From Calditrichales bacterium (GTDB lineage Bacteria > Calditrichota > Calditrichia > Calditrichales > J004), in contig OZ254086.1 in the NCBI GenBank assembly GCA_965267575.1, positions 2,304,001-2,368,000 on the forward strand: a stretch of DNA of 64,000 nt, in the 5' to 3' direction. Positions 28,732 to 39,699 of the stretch are shown here, piece by piece; the stretch's first letter is position 1, and the number at the start of each line of letters is the position of its first letter. The position numbers and the translations under genes are program-made. Under the pieces are notes generated by a model. It saw nothing but the letters and a program-made list of their open reading frames with translations. It did not search any database and was not told where the DNA came from.

Positions 28732-30176
28732 TGCTACGCGCGGTTCTTTTGTTTTTTTGTTCGATTGTTTTAACGCTTAATGCCCAGGAAAACTACTTAC
28801 CAAAAGTATCCATGCCGGCAACGGACCCCTCCTTTCTCGGCAATGGCATTGTCGATATCGTTGTGCGTGACAGCGCCGTGTGGGTGGCCACCGGGTTTGG
28901 CTTGAACGTCACCATAGATGAAGGACAGACCTGGCGCACATTCGGGCCCGGTGACTACAATTCCAAAGGCGGCGTCTCGGCCGTTGGCTACATGGATCGC
29001 AGCACTTTATGGATCGCCACCGCTTTTGATACGACCGTGCAAGATGGCGAAGAGCTGCCCGCCGGCGGTGGCCTCAGCTATACCCGTGATGGCGGTGACA
29101 CATGGACGCGCATACCGCAGCCCGTTGATGACCGCGCCGATACCACCATAAGCCCCACGACAACCGTAGTTCAAAACATCACCTTCGATATCGCCTTTGT
29201 GGACAGCACCATCTGGATTGCCAGTTTTGGCGGCGGTCTGCGCCGCTCCGATGACATGGGGCAGACCTGGAAGGTGGTGACCACCGACGGCAAGCCTTTT
29301 TCCAGCCTGGCCAATCTGAACCACCGCGCTTTCAGCCTGCTGAGCGAAAACGGCAACCTGTGGGTCGGCACCGCCGAAGGCATTAGCAAAAGCGCGGATA
29401 ACGGCCAGACCTGGCGACAGTTCACACACCAGAATCAGACCTATCCCATATCCGGTAATTTTGTGGTGGCCCTGGCCTGGCAGCAGGCAACAAATACAAT
29501 CTGGGCGGCCACGATAGAAGCGCTGGGCCAAACGGAAGTGCGCGGGGTCAGCAAAAGCAGCAACGGCGGCGAAACCTGGGAAGTGGTGATGGAAAACGTT
29601 TTTGCCCACAATTTCGGCTTTGACGGCGAGCGCGTGTTTGTGGCCGCGGATGAAGGACTGTTTGTCTCCGATGACGGCGGGGAAAGCTGGTACACGCTTC
29701 CGCCGGTGATCGATGATGAAAGCGCCGAAGAGATTTTGCGCGGGGACTATTTTTCGGCTGCCGGGCAACAGCTGGCCGATGGCAATCGCTGGTGGTTTGG
29801 CAGCGCCGGCGGGCTGGCCACCACCAAAGACAACGGCAATACCTGGCGTGTCATCCGCTCCTTTGTTTCCACGCGCGAGCGCACATCGCCGAAGGTGTAT
29901 GCTTACCCATCGCCTTTTTCACCGACACGCAGCGGTTTTACCCGCTTCCAGTATGATGTAAACGGTTCTACCGCTGTTGAAATAAAAATTTACAACTTTG
30001 CTATGGAGCATGTGGTCACGGTTCGTGAAACGGAAACATCCACGGGACCTGCCGACCGCAGCGCCAAATGGGACGGCCGTGACAGCGACGGCGACCTTGT
30101 TGCCAGCGGCGTATACTTTTTCCGCGCCAAAGTGGGCGGTGAGGTTAGCTGGGGCAAAGTGATCGTTATAAACTGA
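28731..30176 (+). CDS. Secreted Asp-box (BNR) beta-propeller with C-terminal FlgD-Ig/T9SS-type sorting domain
   Basis: Signal peptide; seven Asp-box-like motifs (e.g. TRDGGDTW, SDDMGQTW, SADNGQTW); C-terminus YPSPF...IYN...WDGRD...ASGVYF...GKVIVIN. Confidence 0.78.
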   Translation: MLRAVLLFFCSIVLTLNAQENYLPKVSMPATDPSFLGNGIVDIVVRDSAVWVATGFGLNVTIDEGQTWRTFGPGDYNSKGGVSAVGYMDRSTLWIATAFDTTVQDGEELPAGGGLSYTRDGGDTWTRIPQPVDDRADTTISPTTTVVQNITFDIAFVDSTIWIASFGGGLRRSDDMGQTWKVVTTDGKPFSSLANLNHRAFSLLSENGNLWVGTAEGISKSADNGQTWRQFTHQNQTYPISGNFVVALAWQQATNTIWAATIEALGQTEVRGVSKSSNGGETWEVVMENVFAHNFGFDGERVFVAADEGLFVSDDGGESWYTLPPVIDDESAEEILRGDYFSAAGQQLADGNRWWFGSAGGLATTKDNGNTWRVIRSFVSTRERTSPKVYAYPSPFSPTRSGFTRFQYDVNGSTAVEIKIYNFAMEHVVTVRETETSTGPADRSAKWDGRDSDGDLVASGVYFFRAKVGGEVSWGKVIVIN

Positions 30177-30186
30177 TGGAAAACCG

Positions 30187-31122
30187 ATGAAAAAATCTGC
30201 GATTCTTATTTCATTATTAATAGCTGCCACTCATCTTTGGGCCGGAAATAACAACGCCGGGCTGGCGGGCAGTTACACGCGTCTGGGATTGGGCGGACGC
30301 ACCATTGCCATGGGCAATACGGGCGTGGCCGGGCCGGCCGGGGGCTATAGCCAATATTACAATCCGGCTCTTTCCGGCAGGCAGGATAAAAAAGTAGTCG
30401 CCCTGTCGTATAGTTTTATGTCGCAGGACCGTTATGTCGGTTTTGTGGGTTACAGTATGAAGATCCCGCCGGGTGGTGGTTTGTCGCTGGGCTGGCTGGT
30501 CAGCGGCACCAATAATCTTTACGGTTACAATTCCATCGGCCAGCGTACGGGCGAGATCAACCATTCGGCGCATGCCATCTACGGCAGTTTCGCGCGCCAT
30601 TTTTCAGAACGCCTTTCCGTTGGGATTACGATTAAAGTGCTTCTCGAATACATTAACGACGGCACGGCCGATTTCGATTACGAGGGCACCGGGGTGGGGG
30701 GCGACATCGGCATTTATTATGCTGCCATGGATGATCTGGCCCTTGGTGTGATTGCCAAAGACATCGGCTCCAACATCAAAGCCAACACCGAGGATATTTT
30801 TGAACGCGGCGGCACGACAGTTTTTGATTTTCCGCGGCAATACCGCCTTGGTGCTTTTTATACGACACCACTGCGCTGGCTCAATACCGCCTACGATCTG
30901 GAATTCAGCGATCAGGGCGAATTAGAGCACCATTTTGGCCTGGAGGCATTACACGGACGCAACCTGGCATTACGCACCGGGCTAAACGGCTCGCAGTTTG
31001 TGGCCGGCGCCGGATTCGATTTTGCCCTGAGCCGCTTCATCGCCCACCTGGATTACACGTTTATCGGTGACAAAGCGGGTGAGGGCGCCAGTCATTTATT
31101 CTCCTGGGAGATCTACTTTTAA
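30187..31122 (+). CDS. PorV/PorQ (UPF0164/FadL-like) family beta-barrel, paralog 1
   Basis: Signal peptide, GGRTIAMG and YYNPALS motifs, C-terminal WEIYF. Confidence 0.78.
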   Translation: MKKSAILISLLIAATHLWAGNNNAGLAGSYTRLGLGGRTIAMGNTGVAGPAGGYSQYYNPALSGRQDKKVVALSYSFMSQDRYVGFVGYSMKIPPGGGLSLGWLVSGTNNLYGYNSIGQRTGEINHSAHAIYGSFARHFSERLSVGITIKVLLEYINDGTADFDYEGTGVGGDIGIYYAAMDDLALGVIAKDIGSNIKANTEDIFERGGTTVFDFPRQYRLGAFYTTPLRWLNTAYDLEFSDQGELEHHFGLEALHGRNLALRTGLNGSQFVAGAGFDFALSRFIAHLDYTFIGDKAGEGASHLFSWEIYF

Positions 31123-31153
31123 TGAAAACGCTTTTTATGAAAGAGAGCACGCA

Positions 31154-32047
31154 ATGAAAAAACTAATCCCGGCTCTTTTGGTCTTTTGTTTTTTGGGAAG
31201 CATAAACGCCGCCAACAACGGCCTGGCTTTTCTCAAGATTCCCACGGACGCGCGGGCCGCGGCCATGGCCGGTGCTTTCGTCGCCTCCAGCGATGATGCC
31301 TCGGCGACGCAGTGGAATCCAGCCGGATTAGCAGCTGCTGAATCGCGCTCGCTGGTTGTGATGCATAACGCCTGGCTGTGGGATTTTCAGCACAATATGG
31401 CCGGTGTGCAGTTCGCAACGGGTAAGCATAATTGGGCCGTTTCATTCAACATGCTGCGCGTGGACGGTATAGAAATCCGCGGAGAAAAACCTACAACCGA
31501 TGCAGCCGGTACAACTGAAGCGTTTACTATGGCGGCAGCCCTCAGCTACGCCACAACACTCAGCAGCTGGCAGATCGGCGCCAACATAAAGTACCTGTTC
31601 GAGCAATATTATCTGGATAGCGCGCCGGGCTGGGCGCTGGACCTGGGTATTCGTAAAAACACTATTTTCGCCAATACCGATTTCGGGGCAAGTGTTTTCA
31701 ACATGGGCAGCATGTCTAATCTGGCGCAGGAAGCAACACCATTGCCGCTGATGGTCCGGGCCGGTTTAGCCTGGACGCCGGAGTTAAATTTTTTGAATAA
31801 GAACGTCCAGCTGTTGCCTCAGATAACCTGGGTGAAAGATGAAAACACCTATGGGCAGCTTGGTCTGGCCTATACCTTAAATTCCATTCTGACGCTGCGT
31901 GGCGGATGGCTGCAAAATGCTGATGCAGCGCGCTGGTCGGGCGGCCTTAGTATTACATACAAAAGTCTCAGTGTAGACTACGCCTATACCGCGCACGACT
32001 TTGAGCTTGGCTCAGGCAACACTTTTTCGTTGCGGTTTTACTTTTAG
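31154..32047 (+). CDS. PorV/PorQ family beta-barrel, paralog 2
   Basis: FLKIPTDARAAAMAGA, WNPAGLA, LPLMVRAG, DYAY and C-terminal SLRFYF. Confidence 0.82.
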   Translation: MKKLIPALLVFCFLGSINAANNGLAFLKIPTDARAAAMAGAFVASSDDASATQWNPAGLAAAESRSLVVMHNAWLWDFQHNMAGVQFATGKHNWAVSFNMLRVDGIEIRGEKPTTDAAGTTEAFTMAAALSYATTLSSWQIGANIKYLFEQYYLDSAPGWALDLGIRKNTIFANTDFGASVFNMGSMSNLAQEATPLPLMVRAGLAWTPELNFLNKNVQLLPQITWVKDENTYGQLGLAYTLNSILTLRGGWLQNADAARWSGGLSITYKSLSVDYAYTAHDFELGSGNTFSLRFYF

Positions 32048-32055
32048 CGGTAGCA

Positions 32056-32215
32056 GTGAATTATTGTATTGATGAAGCGATGAATTGATGGATTAATAGT
32101 TCCTTATGAGCTTACAGTAATCCAAAAGCCTGGTAATCGGTTAATTCAACTTGTTCGGCCTGAATAACGTGAGTTTCGTATTACAGATTGTTCAATAATT
32201 CAGTAATTTCCCAAC
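32056..32215. repeat. Degenerate 8-bp periodic repeats in inverted arrangement
   Basis: TTATTGTA TTGATGAA GCGATGAA TTGATGGA, then reverse-type units TACAGTAA ... TTCAATAA TTCAGTAA. Confidence 0.5.
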
Positions 32216-32240
32216 TCCTCTAAAAAGCTCAAACATCATA

Positions 32241-32269
32241 TTGACATAATTTAACGGCAGTCTTATATT
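32241..32269 (+). promoter_or_regulatory. Sigma70 promoter of the tRNA-Gln/rplY operon
   Basis: TTGACA-17 bp-TATATT. Confidence 0.75.
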
Positions 32270-32295
32270 AGCTGTCTACGTCTAATGACGGTTGT

Positions 32296-32367
32296 TGGGG
32301 TGTAGCCAAGTGGTAAGGCAGCGGGTTTTGGTCCCGCCATTCCTAGGTTCGAATCCTAGCACCCCAG
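32296..32367 (+). tRNA. tRNA-Gln(TTG), CCA not encoded
   Basis: Acceptor TGGGGTG/CACCCCA, anticodon arm GCGGG-TTTTGGT-CCCGC, T-arm CTAGG-TTCGAAT-CCTAG. Confidence 0.96.
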
Positions 32368-32433
32368 CTTTTTAATGCAAGCTTCTCATGCTTGCATTTT
32401 TTTATGACTATTGAAGTTTTAAGGAGTCCCGAT

Positions 32434-33084
32434 ATGGCGGAAGTGATGATAACAGCCGAAAAACGCGAAGACCACGGCAAATCCGAGTCGCGCCGTTTGC
32501 GCCGTGAAGGCCGTGTTCCCGGCATTTTATACGGATCGGACAAAGAACCGATCCAGCTCTCTTTTGACAAGCTGGAATTGGGTCGTTTACTGCGCCATGA
32601 ACACACCATTGTAAAGCTTACCCTCGGCAAAAAAGAGCAGCAAGCTGTAATAAAAGAAGTACAGGTGCACCCTGTTACGGAAGAGTTTGTTCATGTAGAC
32701 TTTATGCGTGTTTCTGCCGGACATGAAATCAGGGTTACAGTACCGATTCATGTTGTCGGTAAACCCAAAGGTATTAAGGATGGCGGCATTTTTACGCACA
32801 TCAAGAACGAGATATACATTGCCGTATTGCCGCGCTTTATGCCTGAAAATATCGAAATTGACGTCAGCGAATTGGAGCTTGGCGACGCTTTGCGTGTGAA
32901 AGATCTTAAAGTCGAAAACATGACTATTCTGGATGAGCAGGAAGAGGTTATCTGCCGTGTGGCTATTCCGCGTCCTGAAGAAGAGGAAGAGCCGGAAGAG
33001 CTTGAAGATGAAGAGGATATGGAGCCTGAAGTTATTACGGCACGCAAAGATGATGAAGAATCTGAAGAAAGTGAAGACGAATAA
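32434..33084 (+). CDS. rplY: 50S ribosomal protein L25 / Ctc with acidic tail
   Basis: SRRLRREGRVPGILYG, VQVHPV..HVDF, beta domain; RBS AAGGAG. Confidence 0.95.
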   Translation: MAEVMITAEKREDHGKSESRRLRREGRVPGILYGSDKEPIQLSFDKLELGRLLRHEHTIVKLTLGKKEQQAVIKEVQVHPVTEEFVHVDFMRVSAGHEIRVTVPIHVVGKPKGIKDGGIFTHIKNEIYIAVLPRFMPENIEIDVSELELGDALRVKDLKVENMTILDEQEEVICRVAIPRPEEEEEPEELEDEEDMEPEVITARKDDEESEESEDE

Positions 33085-33090
33085 ACTGCC

Positions 33091-33660
33091 GTGCGTGCGA
33101 TTGTGGGATTGGGCAATCCAGGGCGACGATATGCCGCGACCCGGCACAACATCGGTTATATTCTCGTAGATTACATTGCTGATATTTTTAAAATCCCCTT
33201 TAGCGCTGGCAAAGGGGATTATTATTTTGGATGGATCGAATCGGAAAAGCAGGATGTGTTGTTGCTAAAGCCAACGACCTATATGAATAACAGTGGTCTG
33301 GCACTGCTTCAGATGTTCGCGCAGTTTGATGTCGCTCTTGAAGATAGTTTAATCGTTTATGATGACTTTAACATTCCCTTTGGAAGGCTGCGTTTCCGCG
33401 CCAAAGGTTCGGATGGCGGACACAACGGGATAAAGTCAATTATTTACCATTGCCGCAGTGAAGAATTTGATCGCCTGAAGATGGGTATCGGCAATGGATT
33501 TGATGATGTGGTGGATTATGTTTTGTCGGGTTTTACGACAGAGGAAAGGAAGTATTTACCACAGATTCTGGAAGAAGCTGTAAAAGGTGTTGAAACCTGG
33601 ATTGGGGCGGGCATAGAACCGGCCATGAATCTCCATAACCGTCACGTTTTAAAACAATGA
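33091..33660 (+). CDS. pth: Peptidyl-tRNA hydrolase
   Basis: [25 protein letters not shown] and GSDGGHNG. Confidence 0.96.
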   Translation: MRAIVGLGNPGRRYAATRHNIGYILVDYIADIFKIPFSAGKGDYYFGWIESEKQDVLLLKPTTYMNNSGLALLQMFAQFDVALEDSLIVYDDFNIPFGRLRFRAKGSDGGHNGIKSIIYHCRSEEFDRLKMGIGNGFDDVVDYVLSGFTTEERKYLPQILEEAVKGVETWIGAGIEPAMNLHNRHVLKQ

Positions 33661-33670
33661 GGTAGCCACG

Positions 33671-35857
<2,187 letters not shown>

Positions 35858-35879
35858 AAAAAAGATAACCAAAACAAAA

Positions 35880-35924
35880 TCCTGTTCCGGACACAGCGTC
35901 CGGGACCACAAGACCATAGGAGGA
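35880..35924 (+). promoter_or_regulatory. Putative rpsF (S6:S18) autoregulatory leader
   Basis: TCCT pairs with the SD AGGA; apical 9-bp stem GTTCCGGAC/GTCCGGGAC; CCA in the 3' bulge. Confidence 0.55.
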
Positions 35925-35929
35925 CTAAT

Positions 35930-36436
35930 ATGGCGATTTACGAGACCGTCGTAATCCTTGACAGCCTGATGGCGCCCAAGGAGATTGACGACAGTGTAGA
36001 GCGCTTCAGTACCCTGATTAAAGATAATGGCGGTAATATCCGCGATATCGACAAGTGGGGTAAGAGGCGTCTGGCTTACGAGATTGAGAAAAAGCAGTAT
36101 GGCTTTTATGTAGCCATCGAATTTGAAGCTCCCGAAGCCAAAAACATTCCTTCCGTGCTGCAGGCGGAATTTAACTACAGCGACAACGTGCTGCGCTTCC
36201 TGACTTACAAATACGACAAGCATAAGCTCGCGGCCATGGCCAAGGAAGCCAAAAAAGTAAGGCCTTCTTCCGAAGAGCCGGAAGCGGACAAGCCTAAAGC
36301 CAAAGCGGCGCCGGCAGCCGCCGAAAAACCTGCAGAGGCTCCCAAAAAGGCGGAAGCTGAAAAACCTGCCGCTAAGGAAGAAGAAGAAAAAGAAACCAGG
36401 CCGGAAACAAAAACTTCTGAAGAAGAAGAAAAGTAA
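35930..36436 (+). CDS. rpsF: 30S ribosomal protein S6 with long low-complexity tail
   Basis: [17 protein letters not shown] and VLRFL. Confidence 0.95.
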   Translation: MAIYETVVILDSLMAPKEIDDSVERFSTLIKDNGGNIRDIDKWGKRRLAYEIEKKQYGFYVAIEFEAPEAKNIPSVLQAEFNYSDNVLRFLTYKYDKHKLAAMAKEAKKVRPSSEEPEADKPKAKAAPAAAEKPAEAPKKAEAEKPAAKEEEEKETRPETKTSEEEEK

Positions 36437-36447
36437 GGAGAAGCATT

Positions 36448-36675
36448 ATGTATCGTGGTAGAAGAAGACGTAATTGCCCCTTTACCGAGGCCGGCATTGA
36501 ATACATCGACTTTAAAGATGAAAAACTGCTCAAGAAGTATCTGACCGAGCAGGGCAAAATTATTCCGCGCCATACATCCGGCGCCTGCGCCAAAATGCAG
36601 CGTCAGTTGTCCCGTGCCGTTAAGCGCGCGCGTCACCTGGCTTTGCTGCCATACGTGGCGGACTATACCCGGTAA
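36448..36675 (+). CDS. rpsR: 30S ribosomal protein S18
   Basis: IDFKD, GKIIPR and [13 protein letters not shown]. Confidence 0.96.
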   Translation: MYRGRRRRNCPFTEAGIEYIDFKDEKLLKKYLTEQGKIIPRHTSGACAKMQRQLSRAVKRARHLALLPYVADYTR

Positions 36676-36703
36676 CCTTTGAATTAGCAAACAGGATATT
36701 ACA

Positions 36704-37147
36704 ATGAAAGTTATATTGCGAGAAGACCATAAGGGTTTGGGTGAAGCCGGAACGGTTGTTGTGGTTAAGGACGGTTTTGCCAGAAACTTTTTAATCCCGC
36801 AGGGTATCGCCTTTATAGCCAGTGATTCCAATATGAAGCGTTTCGAAAACGAGCAGCAGCTAAAAAGCCGCCGCCGTGAACGCGACAAAATCGCTGCCGA
36901 AGAACTGGCCAAAAAACTGGAAAGCGTTTCCTGCACCATTTCCGTACAGGTTGGCGAAGAAGACAAACTGTTCGGATCCGTTACTGCTCAAAATATTGCA
37001 GACGCCCTCAAGGAGCAGGGCCATGAAATCGACAGAAGGAAAATCCAGCTGGAAGAGCCGATCAAATCACTGGGCATTTACTCGGTGCCGGTTAAGCTGC
37101 ATCCCGACGTCGAATCTTCTGTTAAAGTTTGGGTTGTAAAAGAGTAA
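36704..37147 (+). CDS. rplI: 50S ribosomal protein L9
   Basis: MKVIL, VKDGFARNFLIP, KLFGSVT and PIKSLG. Confidence 0.96.
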   Translation: MKVILREDHKGLGEAGTVVVVKDGFARNFLIPQGIAFIASDSNMKRFENEQQLKSRRRERDKIAAEELAKKLESVSCTISVQVGEEDKLFGSVTAQNIADALKEQGHEIDRRKIQLEEPIKSLGIYSVPVKLHPDVESSVKVWVVKE

Positions 37148-37153
37148 TTAGGT

Positions 37154-37180
37154 AAAGGCGGGCGTGCCCGCCTTTTCTTT
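37154..37180 (+). terminator. Intrinsic terminator after rplI
   Basis: AAAGGCGGGC-GT-GCCCGCCTTT followed by TCTTT. Confidence 0.75.
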
Positions 37181-37186
37181 AATTTC

Positions 37187-39616
37187 ATGAACTACGCTGA
37201 AGTCGTTTTCAACCTTCCGCTGGACCATTCGTTTACCTATAAACTTCCTCCCGAATACAATTATGCAAAACCCGGTATGCGCGTGCTGGCGCCTTTCGGC
37301 AAACGCAGCATCAGTGGCGTCATAACCGAACTAAAAGACAATACATCGCTTAAAAGCGTACGCCCTATTATAGATGTGCTCGACAACGAACCCTCTGTCA
37401 GCGATAAGATGCTGTCGCTTACGCGCTGGCTGGCCGACTATTACTTGTGCAGCTGGGGCCAGGCTATCCAGTTGGTTTTACCGCGGGGCGCGGACGTATC
37501 CGATGATGAAAATCTGTTTCTCTCCGATGAATTTGACCAGGATGATCTGACGGAGCGCCAGCGCGAATTGCTGTTTTTGATCTCAGAAAATCCCGGAAAG
37601 AGCAAAAGCTATTACAAAAAAAAGATCGGGTCCGGGTCGTTCTATTCCATCCTCAACAGCCTGATCGCAAAAAGCGTGGTGTACAGCGAGTACGTGGAAC
37701 CGCGCTCCCGTGTTGGCAGCCTGATGCGGAAATTTGTGTTTGTGCCTGAGGATTATGACGATCGCAAAAACAAATATGAGGATTTTTTGCGCTACCTGGC
37801 CAAACGTCCGGAAGTGGACGCGCTGCTCCGTGACAATCGCGGAAAAGCAGTATTGCTAAGCACCTTTATAAAGCAAAGTGCAATGGCCCACGCCACTCTG
37901 CAAAAGATGGCTGCCAGGGCTATCGTCCAGATTGAAGAACGCGTTGTGGAGCGCCTGCCGGATGACATCTCATTTAGTGAAAGTACAGGGGAAATCCGTC
38001 TCAATACGGAGCAAAAGGCAGCGCTGCGCCGGGTTCAGTCCAAAATCGTTCAGGGCGGATTTCATTCATTCCTGCTGCACGGCATTACAGGCAGCGGCAA
38101 AACGCAGGTCTATATCGAAATCCTTAAGCTTGTGCGAGAGGCCGGCCGGGGCGGTATCATTCTCATTCCGGAGATTGCCCTTACGCCGCAAACGGTCAGC
38201 CGCTTTGAACGGGCTTTCGAAGAGCAGATCGCCGTTTTTCACAGCCGGATGAGCCCCGGCCAGCGATTTGACGCCTGGCAGGCCTGTAAAAAAGGACAGG
38301 TCAAAATCGCCATCGGGCCACGTTCGGCGCTGTTTGCGCCCATCGATGATCTGGGATTGATTGTTGTGGACGAAGAACACGAAGGCAGCTATAAACAAAC
38401 CGAAAGCGCGCCCACCTACAACGCCCGTGACGTGGCCCTCTACCTGGGACGCATGCACGACGCCCTTGTTCTTTTGGGCTCCGCCACGCCCAGCTTTGAA
38501 TCGTATTATCACGCCAAAAACGGCAAACATAATCTGCTAACCATGCACCGGCGCGCCAAGGATCAGCCTTTGCCGGCCATTACAATCGTGGATATGCGCG
38601 GCCGTCATAATAAAGTATTTTCGAATGTTTTAACGGCAGCGATAGGTGAGCGCTTTAAACGGGGCGAGCAAATCATCCTGCTGCAAAACCGGCGCGGCTA
38701 TTCGGCTTTCCAGCAGTGCCTTACATGCGGCTTTATTGTTAAGTGCAGCGAATGCGATGTAAGCCTTACTTTTCACGCTTATGACAACAAGCTGCGCTGC
38801 CACTATTGCGGTAACAGCCTGCCGGCCATGCACACCTGCGTTAACTGCGGGCGCGAAACGATGGATAACCGTGGTATCGGCACACAGCGTATAGAGCAGG
38901 AACTGGCCGAGCATTTCCCGGATCTTCGTGTTTTGCGCATGGATCAGGACACGACGCGCGGCAAAAATTCTTACGATTCCATCCTCAGTGCTTTCCGTGA
39001 AAAAAAGGCCGACGTGCTGCTGGGAACGCAAATGGTTTCCAAGGGCCTCGATTTTCCCGATGTAACGCTGGTTGGTGTTATCGGGGCCGATATCGGCCTG
39101 GGCATGCCGGATTTCCGGGCTTCGGAGCGCATTTTCCAATTGCTGGCACAGGTGGCGGGACGTGCCGGGCGCGGAGACAAAAAAGGCGAGGTGTTGATCC
39201 AGACCTATCAGCCGGAGCACTATGCCATTGGTTTTGCCAAAACACACAACTTTATTGGCTTTTATGAAGAAGAAATCGGCTTTCGCGAAGAAAATGCCTA
39301 TCCGCCTTTTTGCCGCCTGATTCAGCTTACTTTGTCCGGAGCGAAAATAGGTGATGTAATCGGGCAGGCCCGGTTTCTGGCACGGCAGCTTGCGCGAATG
39401 GCCAGGCCGTATTGTATGGTTGTCGGTCCGGCGCCGGCAGTTATCGGGCGCATGAAAAACCTTTACCGCTGGCAGGTAACCGTTAAACTTAATCCGTCCA
39501 CGGATCCGGCAGGCAAACATACCAAAGCCGTTTTACGCCAGTTGACAGCCCCTTTACTAAAACAGCGCAGCGACAATCTCTTTTTACATATCGATGTTGA
39601 TCCGCTGTGGGCTTAG
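37187..39616 (+). CDS. priA: Primosomal protein N' (replication restart helicase)
   Basis: LLHGITGSGKT, PEIALTPQ, DEEH, GSATP, four CxxC pairs and QVAGRAGR. Confidence 0.96.
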   Translation: MNYAEVVFNLPLDHSFTYKLPPEYNYAKPGMRVLAPFGKRSISGVITELKDNTSLKSVRPIIDVLDNEPSVSDKMLSLTRWLADYYLCSWGQAIQLVLPRGADVSDDENLFLSDEFDQDDLTERQRELLFLISENPGKSKSYYKKKIGSGSFYSILNSLIAKSVVYSEYVEPRSRVGSLMRKFVFVPEDYDDRKNKYEDFLRYLAKRPEVDALLRDNRGKAVLLSTFIKQSAMAHATLQKMAARAIVQIEERVVERLPDDISFSESTGEIRLNTEQKAALRRVQSKIVQGGFHSFLLHGITGSGKTQVYIEILKLVREAGRGGIILIPEIALTPQTVSRFERAFEEQIAVFHSRMSPGQRFDAWQACKKGQVKIAIGPRSALFAPIDDLGLIVVDEEHEGSYKQTESAPTYNARDVALYLGRMHDALVLLGSATPSFESYYHAKNGKHNLLTMHRRAKDQPLPAITIVDMRGRHNKVFSNVLTAAIGERFKRGEQIILLQNRRGYSAFQQCLTCGFIVKCSECDVSLTFHAYDNKLRCHYCGNSLPAMHTCVNCGRETMDNRGIGTQRIEQELAEHFPDLRVLRMDQDTTRGKNSYDSILSAFREKKADVLLGTQMVSKGLDFPDVTLVGVIGADIGLGMPDFRASERIFQLLAQVAGRAGRGDKKGEVLIQTYQPEHYAIGFAKTHNFIGFYEEEIGFREENAYPPFCRLIQLTLSGAKIGDVIGQARFLARQLARMARPYCMVVGPAPAVIGRMKNLYRWQVTVKLNPSTDPAGKHTKAVLRQLTAPLLKQRSDNLFLHIDVDPLWA

Positions 39617-39624
39617 GGCGCATC

Positions 39625-39653
39625 TTGAATTGTATTTCAGGAATATGTATCCT
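39625..39653 (+). promoter_or_regulatory. Putative sigma70 promoter of the signalling operon
   Basis: TTGAAT-17 bp-TATCCT between priA and the kinase gene. Confidence 0.5.
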
Positions 39654-39699
39654 TTTCAAATTCAGCCCGGGAGCATTTCATCAATCTGAAATGAGCTAA

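Noticed and set aside
36205..36966. 253-aa antisense ORF across rpsF-rpsR-rplI
   Set aside because: Shadow of highly conserved ribosomal protein genes.
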